From Gracilinanus agilis (taxonomy: Eukaryota): a stretch of 64,000 bases of DNA. The notes under the pieces are model-generated. The model searched no databases. It was not told the DNA's origin and saw only the letters and a list, made by a program, of their open reading frames with translations. Shown here piece after piece: positions 34,680 to 48,400 of this stretch (position 1 is the first letter of the stretch; every line of letters starts with the position of its first letter). The DNA lies in contig NC_058131.1 in NCBI RefSeq assembly GCF_016433145.1, positions 106,341,301-106,405,300 of the forward strand, written 5' to 3'. A program made the translations under genes and the position numbers.

Positions 34680-35826
34680 CTAAAATAAGGGGGAAATACA
34701 TTTTAGAGACAAGATTAAATTGTTCTTTAGAAATCTGGTCTAAAACTCCCTAGAAAAATCAAGTAGAGTGGCTAACAACATAAGTGGTGTCTAAGTTATT
34801 CTTTCTAGGTTTCTCTTTTAAATTTATAACATACATTCGGCAATAAAGTGAATGACAGTATTGACAGATGCACCTAAATGAAAGCCAGGATTTCCTCCAT
34901 CCCTTTAGGAGACATGTCCTGCCAACCTCACATGTGACACAGTAAAGGAAATAGTAAAGGTTTTTAGAATAAAGTATTTATGTTTTCTGTATCCATTGTA
35001 CTGCCATACCTTTTTTTAAAGAACCTATGATCTCAATGTTATGTCAAATGAGATAGCAATTTACAAACTTTAAAGCTTTGTATGAATTCTAGTTATTATA
35101 ATAATTATTATTATCAGGAACTTACAAAGAGGAAACTTCCTCTACCAATGCAAATCAACAACCACTGCAACTTAAAGCCTTAGAAAGTTGGCTAGAAGCA
35201 CTTAGAGGTTAAATGACTTGCCCAGAGTCACAAATCCAGGATACGCCAGAGGCAGGCTTTACACTAAGATTTTGGTGCCTTTGAAGCTGGCTCTCTGCAC
35301 TATGTATTTTAAGTTAGAAGGTGACTGATTGATGTATTTGGCAGTGGTATCATAGTGATCTTTAATATTACATAAGAATGAAATTTAATAGCAAGATTTT
35401 ACTTTTCTGTATTTGAAGATACAATTTAAGATGAGCAGAGATATTTATTAAAAAATCATACGCAAAAAATCAAAACAGAAATTCTCTTCTTAAAAGGTTA
35501 AGTAAAAATACCAAACATGATATGTTCTTAAAAGTGTATTTATTCAAAAATTCAATCTACGAATATTACCTAAAGATCTACAATGAACAAGATGAGGCAC
35601 TTGAGGGTACACAGTATCTTGACTTCAAATGGCTTATAATTTCCACCTACTGTGGAGATGATACATATATACAAGGTCCATGAAGGATAACAATATTATG
35701 CTCCCAAAGTTAAAGGAGTTTTCCTTCAGAAAAGGAAGGAATCATTCTAGTTGGGGAAATCCAGAGAAGACCTGATAGAAGAGATGACAATCTAGTTGAA
35801 GGACAGCATTTTGAAAGACGGACTAG

Positions 35827-36003
35827 GGGGCAGCTGGGTAGCTCAGTGGATTGAGAGCCAGGCCTAGAGATGGGAGGTCGTAGGTTCAAATCTGGCCTCC
35901 AACACTTCCCAGCTGTGTGACCCTGGGCAAGTCACTTAATCTTCCATTGCCTACTCTTAGTATACTCCAAGACAGAAGGTAAAGATTTAAAAAAAAAAAA
36001 GAA
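35827..36003 (+). mobile_element. SINE1_Mdo-like SINE
   Basis: A tail and degenerate TSD gaaagac(g/a)gact. Confidence 0.9.
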
Positions 36004-36059
36004 AAAGAAAGACAGACTGACAATATGGAGAATGGCAATGTAGATGGAAAGAATAACAT

Positions 36060-37850
36060 GATAATATAGGAAAATGAAGGCTATCTTGAGGGAATGGTGG
36101 AAAAAACAAGTTTAGCTGGAATATACTCTATTTATGAGAGTATGAGAGACAGTGTGGATATGTCAATATGTCCCAAACTGAATTCATTATTTTCCCTATT
36201 CCAAAACCTTTACCTTTATACCTCACCAATCTTTAATCTTTGTCTACTGGTGGCTTCCCTACAGCCTATAAGCATGCCCATGTCTCTCTCATCTCCAAAA
36301 AACCTTCTCTTGTTCCGTCTATCCCCACTGCCTATCTCCTTATTTTTTTTTCCTCTGGTGGCCAAGTTCCTAGAGAAGGCCATTTATATCAGAAATCCTT
36401 CTTTTCTTTGCACTCTCTTCTTTACCCTGTATCAGTGATGGCAAACCTTTTAGAGACAGAGTGCCATGCCCCCTCCCCCCAGAAACCATGTGCCGTGCCC
36501 AATCTCCACCCCCCCGCCCCCGGCCACATGCTGGGTATGCCACCCTCCCGCCTTATTCCACACAGAGAGGGAGAAAGTACTTAGAAAATGTTTATTGATT
36601 TGATTCAGCATAGTGAATAGAAAGCTCACTTTAATCAGGAAGACCCATTAAAGTGTTGCTTCTGGGGCACTAGGACCATGGACTCAGCCCTCTTTGTAGG
36701 CATGCAGGCTTTCACCCAGCACAGAGTTCACCAGAGTTCGTTGCAAGAACACCCGAGGGACACAGGGCTGGGCTGCTCCCCTCCCCCTCTCCACGCGTGC
36801 CTGAGGACAGACATTTCTCACATCGCCTGCCTCTCTAAAAGGTTCACCATCACTATATTAGGAAATTGCTTAACTTCTCTGTACCACAGTCAGCTCTGTA
36901 TTACAAGAACAAATCTCAATCAGTTACCTCATCAGGATTTCTCCATACTAACAAAATCAGAAGTAGATGTTAAGGCTGAAAAGAAAAGACACCCTGGGCC
37001 AGATCTTGGAGGGTCTTAAATAATGGACTATAATTGGGGATGCTTAATAAATAATGGGAAATCATTTAAGGAAGTTATATGATAAATGAAGTAGAGTATT
37101 TGACCATAGTATAAAAGATGCTTGGATAGAGAAACTAGTCAGTAGGCAACAGGATAAGTCTACCTAAGAAATAATGGAGGCCTGAAATAAAGTAGAAGTG
37201 GAAATGGGGAAGTGAGATAGATAACAGACACTACTGGGGAAGAATCAATATGATTCAATAATTCTTTGTATATAGGAGCAAGGAAGAAGGTAGAAAAAAA
37301 TAACTGAGGTTTCAAACTGATAAAAGAAAGGCAATACCAATTAATGAAATTTAAAAAATGTATTAGGAAGCTACTAGGGGAAAAGGATAGAGACTGGAGC
37401 AAAGGAAAAATGAAGCGGAAAGATGATTGTGATTTTAGACATGATGAATTTTATATACTAAATAAAATTTTTTGAGGCAGAAATGCCTACTAGGTGAATG
37501 GAAATGTAAGATTGATGCCTAGGAGAAAGGACGAGGATGAAAATACAGATATGAGAATTGTTCACATAAAAGTGATAGATGGGAGCCATGGCAGTGGATC
37601 ATATATATATCACAGATGGAAAATGAGAATAGGAAATGAGGAGAAACTTCCGGGAAATGTCTCTGTTTAAGGTGGGAGATGAGGTACCAAGGAATGAAAA
37701 GGAGGAAGAGTTGCCTGGATGATGCAGAATAATCAGAATAGCATATGATTATAGATGCTGACCATACTAAATGAGACATTGAGGTCAAAGAAGATCAGGA
37801 AAGAGAAAAGATCACTGGATTCATTAATTAGTGTTATTGGTAATCTTTGA
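36060..37850. mobile_element. L2 relics flanking the hAT MITE
   Basis: L2-type segments at 36060-36420 and 37050-37850. Confidence 0.5.
36433..36855. mobile_element. hAT MITE with CAGTGATGGC(A/G)AACC-type termini
   Basis: ~23-bp TIRs cagtgatggcaaaccttttagag ... ctctaaaaggttcaccatcacta and a GC-rich interior. TSD not matched. Confidence 0.75.
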
Positions 37851-37894
37851 GAAAGTATACAATATAAAATAGCTCATAATTATTTGGTACCTAC

Positions 37895-38040
37895 ATGTAC
37901 TGTCTTTGTTCAACATGAAAAAGATCCTTGCTTTCCATATTCTGTTCCAATAATGTTTTATTTTGGAGCATTAATGTCTGAATTTGATCTAGTAGATGTC
38001 TGTTTTCTTCTTCTAAGTTTCCTTTAAGTTGGCTAAGTAA
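37895..38040 (-). CDS. CCDC88A: CCDC88A exon [48 protein letters not shown](I)
   Basis: Read by hand. ttatcag|TTA acceptor and AT|gtaggt donor. 146 nt, phase 0 to 2. Confidence 0.95.
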
Positions 38041-40149
38041 CTGATAAAGAAAATGAAATTTTAAAAGAAATAAATATTCACATTATAAGTTAGAATGGAA
38101 ATAAACAGTTAAATGTAGAAAATATTTTCAGAGTCTTTCTTGGGAATGCTGAAATTTTAACAATTAAATGGCTTCATTCTGAACAAAAGAATTATCATTT
38201 TAATTGGTGTTAATATGTAATTAGGTACCTATGTTTAAAAAATGCATCAGGTATACAAAACAGCAAAAAAAAAAAAAAAACCTGACAATTAACCTTAGTG
38301 TTTTTATTCATGTGATTTCCTGTTTTAAATTACTATATCATTTTTCTTAATACTACTACATTCTACTTTCAGAGACAATATATTTTATCAAGACTGCTTA
38401 TCACAAACATAAGATTACAGTTTTTTGACTAGATATTGCTTGACTTGGTTTTCTCCACAAAGGAAGGAAGAAAGAGGCTTTTGTGAAAGCTTTGCTATGA
38501 TTACTACTGGGTGCTATTTAAAAATTTCTCCTTAAATATATTTTTTAACTCTTTAAAGAGTTGGTTTTATTTTAAAATGTTTTTGAGCAAAAGTATTGTT
38601 CAAATAACCTTTATAAACCCTCGTATTAGTCATATTCACCTATTGTATAAAAAGAGTTCATGAACCAATCTGTTCCTCTAGGCTAAACATGAACAAAGAA
38701 AATGAAATTAATACAATCACAAAATCAAATCACCTGAGTTTCCTGCCAAGATTATTCCAACAAGATTATTCCAAGATGAGAAAAGTCTAGCTCACCCAAG
38801 AAAAAAGACTATATAACACCCAAGGGCAAATTTTTACAGAAGACTGATGTCTATTCTGTTCAGAAACATGAACACATACATATTTGAATACATTCACAGA
38901 TAGAACTGTTAACAACCTCATTCACTATAACTCATTCACTAAAAGAATAGTCAAAGAGAGTCAACACTTAAATATGCCCTGTTTTTGTCCTGATCTGTGG
39001 TTTCCTTACCATAGGGAATTCTGAGTGAGGACATCATTTTTACCAATTCAGATTTGCAAACTTGTAGTCTTAAGAGTTTTACCTGGAGCACTGACAAAGC
39101 TTAAAGCTAGACTGGTACCAAAGTGATCCCAGACTATGATATTCTATTCAGTTGCCTTTCCATTATAGCTAATGTGTAAATTACTGGGTCCCAAACTACT
39201 ACTGTATTAATTAAATTTACAGACATAAAAATCCAATTTGATAATGTATTTAGCATCTGCTACTATATGCAAGGTACTGTGGTAGGTGCTAAGAATAGAA
39301 ATAGTTCTTACCTGCCCCCAAGGATCTTACTTTCTACTGGAGGCAGGGGAAGAAAATAAAAAATGGAAGGGAACTTAAAGGCCATCTAAATTCAGAGGCC
39401 TTCAGATGTGGAAGCTGAGGCCTTGAGAAATTAAATGAGTTGCCCAAAGCTATATGAATAATATACACAATAAAGAAGAGGATAACATAATGAGAATTTT
39501 ATTAAACAATTCTGGTTAAATGAACACTAAAATAATTTATGCCTATAGTTACAAAAATGCAAGCAACAATGGTCTTTAGTAGCAATTTTCTAAAAACAGC
39601 TCCCAAGGATAAGGTATCTCTCCTTCAGTGTTACAGTGATATACTTTCTATTTCAGATCATGAAGTTATAGTTTTGTCTTTTACTTCTTAAACATTTAAT
39701 CTTTAAGTTCTGAACTTAAATACCCAAAAGGATATTTCTGTACACGTAAAAGAAAAAAGGGGGATTCTATATAAGAAGGGATATATATAATTATATATAT
39801 ATATTTATTTATATTTATATAAGCATTTACATACTTATGTGACCAAGGGACTGTGGTTTCTACAAATATCACTTCATTTGATTCTCATAACAACCATGTG
39901 AGATAGGGAGTAACTTGTCTAGGGTCACACAATTACTAAGTGTCTAGGTCAGATGAAATTAGGGTCTTCTTGACTCTAGACCCAGCACTCTATTTACTGT
40001 ATGAGTAGCTGATTCCAATATAAAACCATCATACTGCTTGCTTTTTTCTTCATAAGTATATGATAAAGTCTACATTTTGTTACAAGGGAAATCCTTGTAA
40101 CAATTAAGCTTAGTAAAAATGCCATAGCTATGTTAAAAAAAAATGTCAT

Positions 40150-41780
40150 CTTCTATACAATAGAAAGATAAGCAATAGTTCATCACCTATCATCATAGTT
40201 CCTTGGGATACACAGATGGTAAATGTTTAGATTAGACTCTTTCAGAATTATTTTTCTTGATAATATTGCTGTCCTTGAATGAATTTTTCTGTATTCTTCT
40301 TACTTTACTCTGCAACAGGATATATTATCCAGGATTCTTTGAGTTTGATAATATACTTTTACAGTAATATAACTGTATTATTATATAAATTATATAAAAA
40401 ATATAATTTGCTCAGTCATTCCCTAATTGTCTAAGAGGCAATGTATAACAACCCTTAAATTGTAGTTATTTTTTATTAAAGTTTTCATCTTTCCTTCAAG
40501 ACAGGAAATTTTTGCTTTCCTTGAAGCTATTTTTTCCCCAGAAACACATTCCCTTTCCTTGTCTCCTTTTTTTGATTTTAAGAAAATGTAATTCCACAAC
40601 CTCTTTTTTTTTTTTTTCAGCATGCTTACAATCCTTTTTTCTTTGCTGTGAGAGCTCTGAGAATTGGTTATGGACATTCCTAACACTTTTACTTTTGGGG
40701 TTTTCTTCTGCAGGTCATCAGTGGGTTCTACCTGGGCCCTTTTCATTAATGATTTTTGGATATGCAATATCCAGGAAGTTAAAAAACAACAACCATGGTT
40801 TTCAGAAAGTCTAGTAATTTTAAAATTCTCCTGGAATTTTACAAGAAACTGTATTTCTTGGTCAGTTATTTTTTATTTTTTTTTTAAACCCTTAACTTCT
40901 GTGTATTGACTTATAGGTGGAAGAGTGGTAAGGGTAGGCAATGGGGGTCAAGTGACTTGCCCAGGGTCACACAGCTGGGAAGTGTCTGAGGCCAGATTTG
41001 AACCTAGGACCTCCTGTCTCTAGGCCTGGCTCTCAATCCACTGAGCTACCCAGCTGCCCCCAATTATTTTTGATAATAAATATTTTTTTATTTTTTTCCA
41101 TCTTTCTATTTTACTATTTCATAGAATCAACAATTTTTCTGGCTGATTCTAGTTTTCAGGCTACTTCAAGTTAAGGTTTTTGAATTTTTCTTCTATTTAA
41201 CCTCTTTCCAAATGTTTTCTCTAGAATTTTAATTCCAATTTTTAGTTTCTGCATTTCTTCTAGGATTCAGGTAGGTCTTGTGGAAAACTTATTTTTTCCT
41301 TTGAGTCACTATTTACCATTCTCTCTAGAGCTATACTAATTTTCTTTATTTTGGCTGATATTTTCTTTGATTTACCTATTTCTCCAACTTTAGTTACCAA
41401 ACTCAGGCCAGATTCATCCCTTGCTGAAATTCTGGGTGAGCTATTGGTCTCAACCAAGTTCCTACATCCCAGATCTCAGTCCTTGATCTGTGAGATTCAG
41501 AGCCTATATTTTCAGGGTACTCTCAGACGAGAGAGTATTAATAACTTCTAAGCCCCTAGACTTGGATGTCTGAACGCTGCCTTGCTGGTGGATATACTGT
41601 TCTCCATAGGCTCCCAAATTTCCCTCCCTTTTCCTTCCTGGATCTTGTGGGGCTTTCTTCAGTGATACTTCCACTTCTGAACAAAACCTCACAGGCTACA
41701 AGTATCTTTGGTCACTGTACCACAGTATTCTGTTCTAAAATAAGTCTTGCAGGGAGGTTCCTTTCCTATTGCCCTTGGGC
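40150..41780 (-). mobile_element. L1 5'UTR/ORF1 relic, interrupted by a SINE
   Basis: Reverse strand shows ORF1-like segments (NFKITRLSENHG...IINEKGP) with frameshifts. Confidence 0.65.
40868..41060 (-). mobile_element. SINE1_Mdo-like SINE (young; near-identical to 8515-8717)
   Basis: T tail and TSD ca(g/a)ttatttt. Confidence 0.92.
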
Positions 41781-42299
41781 TTCTGACTGAACTCTTGTAT
41801 AGTTCTGGGATAAAATAATTTACTGTAATTTCTCATTGGATTTGTTGATTATTAATCAGTATGAAATAAAAGTCAGCATTTTGCTGCAGTTGCTATGTTA
41901 GAATTATGTGGTCATTTTGGTAGAAAACTTAGGATTTCTTCTTAAATGAAAGAAGACATAACAAAAGCCCATAGAATAAAATTAGATTTCATAAATTATG
42001 GGTTTATAAATTTAAATGGTTTAAAATTTTAAATATTTTAATAGTAAATGAATGAATCATATCAATATTAAAATATTGGCTATATGTGGATTTAGATTTA
42101 ATGAAAGCATTTATGGCAATAATCAACTATAACATTTTTCAGTGACTTTTTTGATAGAAGACTTTAGATAACAAGGTGTAAAGTGTAAATCCTCTGGCTT
42201 CTATCTATGCCACAAGCAGTTCCACTTAAAGGTTCACTTTTTGCTGGTTTCAGAGCTGTCTACATTAGGAGAAACTAGGCTTTTGTTTATATCCTAGGT

Positions 42300-42660
42300 C
42301 AGTGATGGCGAACCTTTTAGAGAATGAGTGCTGTGCCTCCCTGCCCCCAGCTTACTTAGGGGAGGGAGGAAGCACTCCCATTGGACTGCTGGGCAAAGGA
42401 ATGGGTGAAGTGAGTAATGTCCTCAGGTGCTGACTTTCTAGTAACTAACACTGGTGGGTGACAACACAAGTGCCCTCTCCAGCATGTGTGCCATAGATTC
42501 TTCTGTGATGGTTAATCTATGGCACACGCAGAACCCTGGCCTGGACAACGGAGAGGCTGACCCCACCCCCAAATGCAGGGAGTGGGGCATTCTGGCCTCT
42601 CTCCACTGTTGCAGGGGCTGAGCACGGCAGAGGTCCAGGGTGCCCAGCAGCAGCAGTGAC
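42300..42660. mobile_element. Two adjacent hAT MITE pieces of the same CAGTGATGGCGAACC family
   Basis: Same left terminus as 36433. An end-to-start junction with an inverted repeat lies at 42486-42527. Confidence 0.65.
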
Positions 42661-42699
42661 CACTCCCCCACCTATTACCCTTCAAAAGATACAAAGTCC

Positions 42700-43230
42700 T
42701 TTTAATGCTTGTGGATCCTTACTGTTTGATTAGAAGCTTTTCCCAGGCCCTCCAGACTATACAGACCCTAATTAAAATAACCTTCTGAGCAAATATAGGG
42801 CTGAGCCCCATTCACTAAGCCCTAAGGGAGTATGCTAATCATATCTTCCCTAATCCTTGAAAGCAGTGGTTCCTAAACTTTTTTGGCCTACCGCCCCCTT
42901 TCCAGAAAAAATATTACTTAGCTCCCCCTGTCACATACTATCACTGCCTCTTTACAGTTATTCACCAACCCCAAATGCACCTGTAGCCATCACTGTCCCC
43001 CTGGATTGCAGCAGCACCCACCACGGGGTGGTGGCACCCACTTTGGGAATCACTGCTTCAAAGGAAGATAGAGAGAAAAATCACACACCCAACCCAAATT
43101 GAACCAGCTAACATCTCAATGGGAGGGTCCTTATCAAGCCATCCTATTCATCCCAACCACTGTAAAACTGAAAGGGCAGAATATATGGACTCATGTCTCA
43201 TGCATTAAATCCTTTATTCCCCCAGAAACA
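42700..43230 (+). mobile_element. ERV1/gamma-like pol remnant (integrase C-terminus)
   Basis: Translation QWEGPYQAILFIPTTVKLKGQNIWTHVSCIK resembles the gammaretroviral integrase C-terminal WxGPYxVLLxTPTAVKxxGxxxWxHxSxxK motif. Confidence 0.75.
42864..43055. mobile_element. hAT-superfamily MITE (192 bp) nested in the ERV remnant
   Basis: Terminal inverted repeats CAGTGGTTCC...GGAATCACTG. 8-bp TSD cttgaaag / cttcaaag (7/8 match). Confidence 0.85.
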
Positions 43231-44542
43231 GGTGGCAGAAGAGGAGGTAGGGACACCTATTCCTCTGAGTGGGTGGAAGATACTTTGGAAAAAGTAGTTC
43301 TCTCCCCCTCTCTCAGATATCTTAATCCCTCTAAGCTACCTCAGACTGTTGGGTATTCAAGAAACCCCACAAAGAAGAAAATCCTAGCCACTAGTCCAAA
43401 GTCTTATTGCCTCAAAGGCCTACCAAATGCCTGAGGCTTCCAGGAAATTTGCATCAACTCCAGTTTTTTTCCCCCTCAGCTAAATTTTCCCCTTCTTTTA
43501 TTCAGTGATTTTCTAATGGGAAGATGTTTCTTTTCTGCTCTTGAGCTGATGAAGCAATGGCATTACAATATGGTAGTAGCAAGAGGGTTCCTTAATCCAA
43601 AGAACTACAAAGCTCCTCAGGTTGCCTCTCTAGACAGTTCAGAACATCCTAGCTATCCCTCTGACTCACCAGGATTTTGTTTTATTCAATCACCATTCAA
43701 TCTATGCTTACAACAAAGCAAAGTTCAAATTAAAACTGTGTGGTTCTCTGCATGATACAGACAAGCTTAGCCAGTTTTAACTGAACAGAAATTTGCATTG
43801 TCTAATTAGTTCCCAGCCAATCAATCCTATTCCTTCAGCAAAGCAGATACAAAGTCCATCTTTCCCATCTATGTTTCTCTAATGTTATAGTGGATTGTAA
43901 AAAAACCACAAGTATCCCAGAGAGGTTTTATTATAAGTTGTAGATAGTGCTGGAGGACAACAGTTTAAACAAAGCACCCTGTCATCTCTAGGAAGGGAAT
44001 GACAATGTATTCCTCTAAATGTACATAATGCTATCTATAACATTGGTGGCCATTCCCCTGTCAGCAGTCAGGGGGTGGGGCATGTAGCTGGGGGTGGGGC
44101 AAGGTTCCCTATCACTGACATAAGTCATGATTATTCAGAAGCTGATTATTTTAGATCTTTATTTTTCCTTTTCTACCACCACTCTGTGTTTTGTTTACTA
44201 ATACCTCCACCAAAGTGTAACTAGAAAAAAATTAAGAGCTGAAATCTAATTACTGACTTCTTGGGAAACCTAAGGCTGAAAAAAGATATGAATGGTGAAA
44301 GAGATTGAAATTAATGGTAAAAGTAGACTTCAATGTTATTTCAAAAGTCTCTGACCCTCATTAATACAGATAAATTGTTAGGAGGTATCAAAATAGAACC
44401 AGCTTCATACTAGCATATTCCAGTTTCCTATGGTTCAAGGCTCCAACTGTAACCTTGGCAAATCAATTTTTAGTTATGTCATATGCCACAAACAGTGCAC
44501 AGCACTTCCGAACCAATAAGAAACAAAGTTGTAGAAGCTCAC

Positions 44543-44729
44543 CTCACACTGATTATTCAGTTTAGTGGATGTAATGTCCAGCTGTTGGTATTGCTCCTTT
44601 AGCTTTGAAAATTCAGCTTCTAATCTTGTCTGTTCCAATTTAGAATTGTTTAACTGGCTCTTTAAATTCTTGTGGTCAGTTTGTAAAACTTCAGTCTCTT
44701 TCAGCAGCTGATTATATGTGTGATTCAAC
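44543..44729 (-). CDS. CCDC88A: CCDC88A exon (R)LNHTYNQLLKETE...TKLNNQCE
   Basis: ttaaag|G acceptor and GAG|gtgagc donor. 187 nt, phase 2 to 0. Confidence 0.95.
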
Positions 44730-45250
44730 CTTTAATTAGAAAATTGGTACAGATAGGTAAGATTTTCATATAGGTTAACATTTTCTTTTTCTTTTTAACT
44801 TATGCTATGCTAATGTTTTGACTCACCAAATTGGACATAATGATATTGAGGATAGCAAAATTTTATTTAATTACATTTTTAAAAATCCTAAACTTAAAAA
44901 CAAAGACTAAAAAGAAACACAACTTACTAAAGTATAGGCAATTCTATTTTCTTGGTATAAAGTACAACATAGAAAATTAATAATTCAATTTTTATTTTGC
45001 ATAAAATTTTAACATTCAGGACAAAACAGATTCAATAAAGAAATTCTATCTGTTCATCTTACTAGGATACGTAAGCTTACTCCTTAATTACTGATTTTTG
45101 AATATATAGGGAAGACAATTATAAAGTAAGGCAATTATTTGCACAATTAAATTCACATTTATTTAAGCACCTATCCTGTGAATGAATAAATGATTCCTAA
45201 AATATCTAAAAATTAGAGAAAATATGGGACTGGATATCTTTAGTCATTAC

Positions 45251-45394
45251 CTATCATTTTCACCTCGAAGTATTTTATATTCTGTAGCTACAGTTTCATG
45301 TTTCTTATTTTCTTGCATCATTTTCTCTTGCTCAACTTTGAGCATTTTTTCCAATTCTTCTAATTGTCCTTTCTGTTTCAGTAACTGGTTATAA
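45251..45394 (-). CDS. CCDC88A: CCDC88A exon (R)YNQLLKQKGQLEELEKMLKVEQEKMMQENKKHETVATEYKILRGEND(R)
   Basis: Not in the ORF track; read by hand. ctccag|T acceptor and AG|gtaatg donor. 144 nt, phase 2 to 2. Confidence 0.95.
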
Positions 45395-45407
45395 CTGGAG
45401 AGAAAAA

Positions 45408-48400
45408 AAACAATTACTGATTTCATTGAACAGAATGATAATGAAGAAACAACATATCAAAATCTATGAGATACAGCCAAAGTACTCAGGGAAAATTTAT
45501 ATCCCTCAGTGAATATAGCAACAAATCGGAGAGGGAAGAAGCCAATGAATTGGGTATGCATATTAAAAAACTGGAAAGAACAAATTAAAAATCCCCAGAT
45601 AAAAACTAAATTGGAAATCCTAAAAATCAAAGGAGAAATTAATAAAATTGAAAGTAAAAGTACCATTGAACTAGAACTAATAAATAAGGTTAGAAGCTGG
45701 TACTTGGAAAAAACAAATAAAATAGATACAAGTACTGGTTAATCTAATAAAAAAAGACAGAAAAAATCAAATTAATAGTATCAAAGATGAAAAAGATTTA
45801 ATAAAGAGGAAATTAAGGTAATTATTAAAAGCTATTTTGCCCAATTATATAGCAATAAATAAGATAATATAGGTGAAATGGGTGAATATTTACAAAAAAT
45901 ATAAACTGCTTCCATTAACAAAAGAGGAAATAGAATACTTAATCCCATTTCAGAAAAAGAAACTGAACAAGCCATCAAGGAACTCCCTAAGAAAAAATCC
46001 CCAGGGCCAGATGGATTACAAGTGAATTCAAACATTTAAAGAACAACTAATCCTAATACTATACAAACTTTGACAAAATAAGTAAATAAGGAGTTTTACC
46101 AACTTCCTTTTATGACACAAATATGGTACTAATTCCAAAGCCAGGCAGACCAAAAAGACAGAAAGAAAACTACAGACCAATCTCCTTAATGAACATAGAT
46201 GCAAAAGTCTTAAATAAAATACTAGCAAAAAAGGGGGCAGCTAGGGAATTCAGCGTATTGAGAGCCAGGCCTAGAGATGGGAGGTCCTAAGTTCAAATCT
46301 GGCCTCAGACATTTCCTAGCTGTGTGACCCTGGGCAAGTCACCTGACCCCCATTGCCTAGCCCTTACCTCTCTTCTGCCTTGGAGTCAAGGTAAGGGTTA
46401 AAAAAAAATACCAGCAAAAAGACTACAGGAAGTTATCACAAGGATTATTCACTATGACCAGGTGGGATTTATACCAGGAATGTAAGAATGGTTTAACATT
46501 AGGAAAATCATCCACATAATTGACCATATCAATAACCAAACCAACAGAAATCACATGATTATCTCAACAGAAGCAGAAAAAGCCTTTGAGGAAATACAAC
46601 ATCCATTCCTACTGAAAACACTAGAAAGCAAAGGAATAGATGGGTCTTTCCTAAAAATAATAAACAGTATATATTTAATTTAAAAATAACAGCAAGCATC
46701 ATTTGCAATGGGGACAAGTTAGAACCCAATAAGATCAGGAGTGAAACAGGGATGCCCATTATTTAATATTATTTAATATTGTACTAGAAATGATAGTACT
46801 AGCAATTAGAGAAGAAAAAGAAATTGAAAGTATTAAAATAGGCAATGAGAAGACTAAACTATCACTCTCTGCAGATGTTACGATGGTCTACTTAAAGAAT
46901 ACTAGAAAATCCACTAAGTTGCAGGATACGAAATAAACCCACATAAATCATCAGCATTTCATATATTTTCAACACAACTCGGCAGCAAGAGTTAGAAAGA
47001 GAAACTCCATTTAAAATCACCCTACACAATATAAAATATTTAGGAATCTATTTGCCAAGACAAACACAGGAATTATATAAACACAAAAACAAAACACATT
47101 CCACACAATTAAAATAAGATCTAAATAATTGGAAAAACATTAATTGCTCATGGGTAGGATGAGCTTATAAAATAAAAATGAGAATCTTAACCAAATTAAT
47201 TTACTTATTCAGTGCCATGACCTCAGCAAGATAGTGTTTGATAAACCCAAAGATCCCAGCTTTTGTGACAAAAATCCACTGTTTGACAAAAATTGCTGGG
47301 AAAATTGAAAAACAGTATGGGAGAGATTAGGTTTAGATCAACATCTCACACCTTATTCCAAGATAAGTTCTATAAAGATGGAAATTATAAGTAAATTAGG
47401 TGAACATAGAATAGCATACCTGTCAGATTTGTGGGAAAGGAAGGAATTTAATACCAAGCAAGAGATAGGGAATATTACAAAATGTAAAATGAACAATTTT
47501 GATTATAGTAAATTAGTTTTTATACAAATAAAACCAATGTAAACAAAATTAAAAGGGAAGAAACAAATTTGGGGAAAATCTTTAAAACAAAAACCTCTGA
47601 TGAAGGTCTAATTTCTCAAATTTAATGAGCTAAGTCAATGGTACAAAAAAAAAAAATCAAACCATTCCCCAATTGATAAATGGGCAAGGGACCTGGATAG
47701 GCAATTTTCAGATAAAGAAATCAAAACGATCAACAAGTACATGAAAGTGTTCCAAATCTCTCATAATTAGAGAAATACAAATCAAAACAACTCTGAGGTA
47801 CCACCTCACATCTAGCATATTGGCCAATATGACAGTAAAGGAAAATAATAAATGTTGGAGGGGATGTGGCAAAATTGGGACACTAATGCATTGCTTGCCC
47901 TTTGATCAAGCCATACCACTGATGGATTTGACCCCAAGGAGATAAGGAAAAATATTTGTACAAAAATATTCATAACCTCAATCTTTGTAGAGGCAAATAA
48001 ACGGAAATGAGAGGGTGTCCATTGATTGGGGAATGGCTGAACAAATTCTGGTATCTGATGGTAATGGAATAACTATTGTGCTGAAAAGAATGATGAACTG
48101 GAGCAATTACATGTGAACTGGACCAACCTCCAGGAATTGATGCAGAGTGAAAGTAGCAGAACCAGGAGAATATTGTACACAGAGACTAATACACAATGGC
48201 ACAATCAAATGTAATAGACTTTTCTACTAGTAGCAAAGCAATGATCCAGGACAATTCTGAGGGACTTATGAGAAAGAACACTATCTACATCCAGAGAAAG
48301 AATACTATCTACATCTAGAGAATGAACTGTGGGAATAGAAAAGAAGAAAAACATATGATTGATCACATGGTTTGATGGGTATATGATTGGGGATTAACTT

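Noticed and set aside
45457-46759. Short ORFs on both strands
   Set aside because: Fragments or antisense shadows of degenerate L1 ORF2.
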